Source: an uncultured virus (IMG/VR IMGVR_UViG_3300037603_000040) | Lineage: Duplodnaviria; Heunggongvirae; Uroviricota; Caudoviricetes; Schitoviridae | Reading direction: 5' to 3' (one strand) | IMG/VR virus record: IMGVR_UViG_3300037603_000040 | DNA length: 64,000 nt | Notes under the pieces: model-generated | The model's input: the letters and a program-made list of their open reading frames with translations, nothing else | What the model was told of the DNA's origin: nothing | The model's database searches: none | Translations under genes and position numbers: made by a program | Part shown: positions 58,762 to 64,000 of the stretch, piece after piece | Position numbering within the stretch: the stretch's first letter is position 1 | Layout: every line of letters begins with the position of its first letter

Positions 58762-59013
58762 TCACTTCCCTTCGGGTAGGCGATTTCCCGACACATCTGT
58801 GTGCGGAAGAACGGAGCTGGGTTTGAACGGATCGGTCTCGATCAGGATGATGACAGAGTCCCTGTTCGAGAAATGAATGAGCCGCGGTTTGAGGATCATC
58901 GTCACAAGCACAGACAGTGACAGTGAAAGGCTGAGGGCGATCACAAGGAGAGCCCAGAACACCGTGTAGAGTGTCTTGTTGCCGGGTGCTTTGCACGATG
59001 GGGGGTGTGTCAT
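58762..59013 (-). CDS. membrane protein
   Basis: One transmembrane segment; lysis cassette context. Confidence 0.55.
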   Translation of the reverse strand: MTHPPSCKAPGNKTLYTVFWALLVIALSLSLSLSVLVTMILKPRLIHFSNRDSVIILIETDPFKPSSVLPHTDVSGNRLPEGK

Positions 59014-59015
59014 GA

Positions 59016-59273
59016 TTACCCCCGGAAAATGACGCTGCGGTAGCTCCAGATCACACCGATGAGGGTTATGACGATGGAGCCAAGGAAAGAGATTCCAGCG
59101 ATGAGCTGGCGCTTCTCCTGACTGGTGCGCTTGAGATCTTGCGTGGCGATATGAGCCTCGAGCTCTTCCACGTCTTTCTTGAGATTCTGGATCTCATTCT
59201 GTTGCTGATCCACTCTGAAGAGCAACAGCTCAAAGTTTCGCATGTCCATATGTGCTGGCTGGTTCATAGCCAC
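59016..59273 (-). CDS. coiled-coil membrane protein
   Basis: Coiled coil followed by a C-terminal transmembrane segment. Confidence 0.65.
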   Translation of the reverse strand: MAMNQPAHMDMRNFELLLFRVDQQQNEIQNLKKDVEELEAHIATQDLKRTSQEKRQLIAGISFLGSIVITLIGVIWSYRSVIFRG

Positions 59274-59311
59274 CTGTCCTACTCTCGATGTGGTGAAGAA
59301 TAGGAACGGTC

Positions 59312-59336
59312 ACGATATGGTGTGGTATGGTGTGAA
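59312..59336 (-). repeat. pentamer array
   Basis: ACGAT ATGGT GTGGT ATGGT GTGAA; upstream of the lysis cassette. Confidence 0.65.
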
Positions 59337-59460
59337 CCATAGAACCAGTCGTGTGTCTTCCTGCCGATCAGTTTACCTGGATAACTCCAGGGTGTGAACT
59401 AGAATATATTGATCCAGGAGCACAACTTAGAAGAAAGTTGCACCGCTGGATCCAGACAAA

Positions 59461-59901
59461 TTAACCGTAGGCTGCCATGGTCGTGTGGAACAGGTCCATC
59501 ACAGCATCGACCTCAGCCTCTGTCTGAGCGGAACCAGTCAACTGAATGGCTTCGATCCTGGCTTTCTCGAGCTGAGCTCCGACATATTTCCACTGAGCAG
59601 CCAAGTTCAGAAAGACCTGTACCACCTCATAGGCACTCTGGCCGGTCGATCCCACCTCACCAGCGATGAAGGGGTATTCCTGTTCCCATCCCGGAGTGGC
59701 TGTTGGATCTGACGCAGCCAGCAGGAAAGCTGTCGCCTCCTTCTCCTTGGCCATGTAGATCATGTCCTGACCAGCAATCGGTGTGATGAAGACCGATCGG
59801 ATCTCGTCCATCTTCTTGTTGACGGTTTCTTTGGCCTTTTCCTTGCAGCGGGACAATTCCAGGTCTTTGCTGCTCTGGGATCTCGAGAAAACACGGGTCA
59901 T
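59461..59901 (-). CDS. tail fibre-associated protein (assembly chaperone-like)
   Basis: R..FIT...GQ.MIY..KE.EA, YPFIA.E, W......E..R; downstream of the fibre gene. Confidence 0.7.
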   Translation of the reverse strand: MTRVFSRSQSSKDLELSRCKEKAKETVNKKMDEIRSVFITPIAGQDMIYMAKEKEATAFLLAASDPTATPGWEQEYPFIAGEVGSTGQSAYEVVQVFLNLAAQWKYVGAQLEKARIEAIQLTGSAQTEAEVDAVMDLFHTTMAAYG

Positions 59902-60290
59902 AGGATCTCCAACTCGATCGCTGAATAGATGTGAGGGAAGGGGGCCTGGACCTCAACTCGGTATCTTCCTGGATCCGGGAAACTGATCTCTTCTGGGAGC
60001 TCATCTGACTCGGTGATGAATATACCCATGACTTCATGGCCTACCACATCCGACACCGAAATCTTGGTTCCAATAGGGCAGGGGGGCACAATGATTTGGT
60101 TGTTCTCAACATAGGGTACAGGTGAGAATGGTCGAGGTACGAGAACACCATTCAGCTTCATCATGTAACCTACATCCGCGATCGTATATCCGGGCTCAAG
60201 TACTACCTCAGTAAACCCTTCTACAGGATCTGCGGATACATTGACCTGTTCAACAATGCCCGCTTCATCGGTTTTTACATACACTTTCAT
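59898..60290 (-). CDS. tail fibre-associated protein
   Basis: F.DPG.Y.VEV..PFP; coupled to the fibre gene. Confidence 0.65.
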   Translation of the reverse strand: MKVYVKTDEAGIVEQVNVSADPVEGFTEVVLEPGYTIADVGYMMKLNGVLVPRPFSPVPYVENNQIIVPPCPIGTKISVSDVVGHEVMGIFITESDELPEEISFPDPGRYRVEVQAPFPHIYSAIELEIL

Positions 60291-63200
60291 CAGCGTTTCA
60301 CTCCCCGAATACTCAGTCTGACTTCTCGCACATTTGTTTTCTGATCCGTCGAGATAATTACACCAAAGTTGCTTTGAAGCATAACTTTGAACTCTGCGTT
60401 ATATGCATTCAAGATCATTTCAGTAGTGTAGGTTGTGGTGAGCCATTGGTCTCTTCCTGGATTGTATTCGCCTGTGTAAAGGGTGATCCAACTTCCCCAG
60501 GAAGAACCATTGTTAAGCCTGTATTGTAGCAATAACCTGGTTGTATGGGGCGTTTCAGTTGGTGCATCCCATCCGTCTCTGTGCTCTCCATAAAGACCAA
60601 TAGCATAGACAGTATCTGGATTTGCCTTGTTGATACCTGTCGAAGCGCTGGTCACAGTGCCATTATGTGCTTTGTGTTGCGCAGCCAAAGCATAACCCAG
60701 TCCACCATCTGACACAGAACCATCAACCAGAGAATTTCTCAAGATCAGGTTGTTCAGCTCTGCATTACCATTTTGATTGATCTGCCAACCAGTAGATCCA
60801 GAGACAAAATTAGATGATTGGACAGCTCCACCAAATAGAGCCAGACCGGCCGCACCAAAACTTCCTGTATCGACGTGGTTTGCAGCAATACCTCCATCTA
60901 CGATGAGCTTGCCGCCGTTCATGCGTCGAGCATAAACACCACCAATAAAACAGTCCGTGGTTCCATTGTTATTCTTGATTAACCGGATTCTTGCATAACG
61001 ATATCCTGCCGGAACATCAATAACACCAGACATTTCTGTTATTGATGTTGAATTGACAAGACCAACGTTTCGATAGAGGTTTGTACCTGAGAAATCAGGT
61101 TTTGTATTAATTTGCAAGTCCGCGAATACACTACCACTACCGGTAACGATGCGAGCAAAGTATCGGAAGAATATCTTCTCACCCGCAGGATCCACATCAA
61201 AGATAAACTTGCTGGTGGCAACTGTATAAGAAGTGCTTCCACCAGCTAGTCTTGCCACATTGGTCGAACCCCACGAAACAGAGTTGTTTGAAGCCTGCCA
61301 AGTAACAGAACCACTCCAAGCTTCCGGATCTTTAAAATCTGCGTCTATGTTCAGGTTGTCAAAGGAACCAATGGCTATTTTGCTTGCAGCAACAGCACCC
61401 ACTGCCAGTTTTTCGGCCGTGATTGCCTTAGCACCAATCTTTTCAGCAACGACTGCGCCATCAACAATCAACTCACCGGGAATAACCTCTTCGATGACAA
61501 AGCTGTCAATATCTACAATACCAGGAAGAGCATTGTAGTTCACGATCGCGAGAGGGCGCATGTATCGAACACTGGAATTCATAACATACGGTGAATTCCG
61601 CGTTCCAGCTCCACCTCCAACTGGGGCACCAAAGCCATGCAGATATCCAACATACTCAGTGAAAGATGAGTCGGGGGAAACCCCAGCAGCTATAAAATAG
61701 TGTTGTGATGAAACACTATTACCACCCAAAGTATTGACTAATGTGATACCGTCTGCGGCTACACCTGCTACTCCGAAATAACATACACCAGTGCCTGCTG
61801 TTCTGCGAACACGCACACGAGCGCGATAAAGCTTGTCTGGGTCAAACGGAATAGCTCTTGTATTGATCAACCACCCCTGATCATCACCGCTATTATTACC
61901 AACACGAAGGACATTACCACCCAGGATGGAATCAGGTGTGGATACCAGGGTGACAGAACCTTGACCGTTGTAATTAACCCAAGCGTCGATGGCGTCGGCA
62001 TTGGTAAAATCTTCTGAGAAAACTTTTGAAAGATCCACAATACCTATTTTGGGGGCAGTAATCGTTCCATTTGCAATGATATTGTCCGCGTTGAACCTTA
62101 ACGCGCTCACAGGACCATTGATGGGATCATCAGCAGCCACGATCTCGAAGCCCGCACTGGCGCCACCTGCACCCAGGCGGATGGTGTAGGAAGCCGCAGC
62201 ATTGCCCTCGAGATCTGCCACAGCCTGGGCTGTCTCGATCACGCTCGCCTCTGTAAGGGTCATCGGGTAGATCTGGAACCGATGCACTTTGAGATGCTTA
62301 GTGTTCACGCCACCAAGAGAAGCAAAGTTTGCCATCAAATAGACCGTGTGATGACTGAAAGTTCCCAGCACACCGTCAGGCTTCTTGATGACCAAGCTGC
62401 CGATATATCTCTTGCCTGGAACAATGGTCTCTACAACCATGTCTTGCATGGGGGTTTGAGTCCGGTTCAGTCCACCTCCGGTGCCGGTCGTGACCCAGTC
62501 CACAAGCACACCGGCGCCAAGGATGTTGCCCGAAACAAGCTCAAAGTCGATCTCGACTTTGTATCCGTCTGCATCATCAAGACCTGACCAAGCTGCATTG
62601 TCTGACCGGATCACAGCACCCGCATTCACTGCCCCGATATTCCAGGACAAAGTATTACCAGTAGGGTATTGCTCGTTGGGCAAAACAGACGGAGCTGTTG
62701 TCCAAAGCTCCCATGCTTCAGTGCTCCAGGGCATGAACATGTCCCTGAGCGCACCGATCCCCTGAGAGGCCACAGAGACTGCTGTCTCTTTGGCAGAGAC
62801 CGCCAGTGCTCTAGCATCCTCTGCGTCTTCAGCAGCCGCCACAGCATTGAACTCAGCCGTCTCAGCATTGGTCTGAGCAGTCTGTGCATTGATCCGGCTC
62901 GTATCCGCAGCGCTGGCCCATTCACCAGCAGCCGTAGCCCCAGCATTAGCCAGGGTTGCAGACTCAGCAGAGGCCTGCGCAGAGGACATGGAACCAACCT
63001 GCTCAGTAACGTCTTTGATCAGAATCTGATTGATTGAGATCGCACCGAATGTGAGGCTGCCAGCATTGGCTCGGATATGAAAGAAGGCTTCATTGGCGGT
63101 GGCATTTTGACCATCAATCAGCACTGAGTAATCAGGGCTGGAGATGAGATCCGTCACAGTAGCAAACTGAACTCGTTCTTCAATCACACCGTCAGCAACA

Positions 63201-64000
63201 GTCCTGACAACCTGAGCTGATTGAACATTTACCTGCTTTGCTACACCACCCTCAAAGAAACTTACACCATAGGTGACACGACAGCCCTGGTTGTCTGATC
63301 CGTCATCTATCACTCGATACCGGTAGGTGACTTCATAAATCCGGCCATGAATATAAGGTGTTGGATTTCTCTGACCCAGTGTGTGATTGGCTCCGACGGG
63401 CGTGTGGTATGCTTTCCCAAACACCACATCGTCGATGACAAGCCTCGAAGGTGCCACGATGTTTTTGACAGCAGTGCTTGTGCTGCTATCTGTCCACATG
63501 AACGCAGGCAATCCAGGCACTGAGACCTCAGCCACTGTCACAGCCTCTTCGGCTGCATACCTGGATTCCACTGCCAGAGTGGCACTGGTTCCGGCTGTGT
63601 TGGAAGAACCTTGCGCATTTGTCTCTGAGACAGCAGCCGCTGTCTCAGATGCGAGAGCATTACCTGCCGATGTTTCTGCCGCGGTCTTAGAAATTGAAGC
63701 AGCCGCGGCAGACTCCCCAGCAGCCGTAGCATTGGCTTGAGCAGCATCAGCACTGGTGCTGGCAGCCGAGGCACTCTGACCCGCAGCATCGGCCGACTGT
63801 GCAGCCACTGTGGCACTGTCTTCTGCGAAGGACTGAGCCGTCTCTGCATTGGCCCATGCCAGCTCAGCCAGAGCACGAGCATTATCAGCTACTGAAGCTG
63901 CAAGCTCAGCCGCTGTCTTGTCTGCGGCGGCAGACTGATAGGCCGCAAAGGAAAGCGTCACATCTTCGATCTTGAAGGCTGCAATCCGGATCTGCCCATT
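60290..64000 (-). CDS. tail fibre / host-specificity protein (5'-truncated)
   Basis: Frame is open to the window edge. Ala/Ser-rich stalk repeats, carbohydrate-binding-like modules, IVDG.I.A.K repeats and a J-like QSSNFVSGSTGWQI..G.AE.N motif. Confidence 0.88.
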   Translation of the reverse strand, partial: NGQIRIAAFKIEDVTLSFAAYQSAAADKTAAELAASVADNARALAELAWANAETAQSFAEDSATVAAQSADAAGQSASAASTSADAAQANATAAGESAAAASISKTAAETSAGNALASETAAAVSETNAQGSSNTAGTSATLAVESRYAAEEAVTVAEVSVPGLPAFMWTDSSTSTAVKNIVAPSRLVIDDVVFGKAYHTPVGANHTLGQRNPTPYIHGRIYEVTYRYRVIDDGSDNQGCRVTYGVSFFEGGVAKQVNVQSAQVVRTVADGVIEERVQFATVTDLISSPDYSVLIDGQNATANEAFFHIRANAGSLTFGAISINQILIKDVTEQVGSMSSAQASAESATLANAGATAAGEWASAADTSRINAQTAQTNAETAEFNAVAAAEDAEDARALAVSAKETAVSVASQGIGALRDMFMPWSTEAWELWTTAPSVLPNEQYPTGNTLSWNIGAVNAGAVIRSDNAAWSGLDDADGYKVEIDFELVSGNILGAGVLVDWVTTGTGGGLNRTQTPMQDMVVETIVPGKRYIGSLVIKKPDGVLGTFSHHTVYLMANFASLGGVNTKHLKVHRFQIYPMTLTEASVIETAQAVADLEGNAAASYTIRLGAGGASAGFEIVAADDPINGPVSALRFNADNIIANGTITAPKIGIVDLSKVFSEDFTNADAIDAWVNYNGQGSVTLVSTPDSILGGNVLRVGNNSGDDQGWLINTRAIPFDPDKLYRARVRVRRTAGTGVCYFGVAGVAADGITLVNTLGGNSVSSQHYFIAAGVSPDSSFTEYVGYLHGFGAPVGGGAGTRNSPYVMNSSVRYMRPLAIVNYNALPGIVDIDSFVIEEVIPGELIVDGAVVAEKIGAKAITAEKLAVGAVAASKIAIGSFDNLNIDADFKDPEAWSGSVTWQASNNSVSWGSTNVARLAGGSTSYTVATSKFIFDVDPAGEKIFFRYFARIVTGSGSVFADLQINTKPDFSGTNLYRNVGLVNSTSITEMSGVIDVPAGYRYARIRLIKNNNGTTDCFIGGVYARRMNGGKLIVDGGIAANHVDTGSFGAAGLALFGGAVQSSNFVSGSTGWQINQNGNAELNNLILRNSLVDGSVSDGGLGYALAAQHKAHNGTVTSASTGINKANPDTVYAIGLYGEHRDGWDAPTETPHTTRLLLQYRLNNGSSWGSWITLYTGEYNPGRDQWLTTTYTTEMILNAYNAEFKVMLQSNFGVIISTDQKTNVREVRLSIRGVKR

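Noticed and set aside
16751..59336. Pentamer arrays as CRISPR or simple microsatellites
   Set aside because: There is no repeat-spacer structure and no cas genes. The units are degenerate in a consistent pattern rather than perfect slippage repeats.
1..64000. Integrase, protelomerase, CI-like repressor, terminase
   Set aside because: No supporting motifs were found in this window. They may lie in the unseen part of the genome.

Overview
This window is most of the genome of an N4-like podophage (Schitoviridae), probably with an alphaproteobacterial host (inference). The + strand left half carries two N4-type hairpin promoters, a gp2/Drc homologue, the two-subunit RNA polymerase II, nucleotide-metabolism genes, one tRNA-Arg and the replication genes (helicase, a two-gene family A polymerase, primase, SSB, RuvC-like nuclease). 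The - strand right half carries a ~3600-aa virion RNA polymerase, structural genes, portal, lysis genes and a tail fibre cut off at the window edge. The standout feature is at 15.7-17.9 kb, where N4 has rIIA/rIIB. Here there is a complete plasmid-maintenance module in the opposite orientation: a pBBR1-type Rep, an origin-like region with nested palindromes and a perfect DnaA box, and a type Ib ParA plus ribbon-helix-helix partner. At least 13 tandem pentamer arrays flank the par operon and are scattered across the genome, some inside genes. Together these suggest an N4-like phage-plasmid. Other oddities are an endonuclease VII-like domain fused to RNAP1, a split DNA polymerase, a pair of putative anti-defence sponge genes, a manA-like RNA and two further candidate structured RNAs. 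No integrase, protelomerase, CI-like repressor or terminase was seen in the window. All calls come from reading motifs and gene order by eye; no searches were run.
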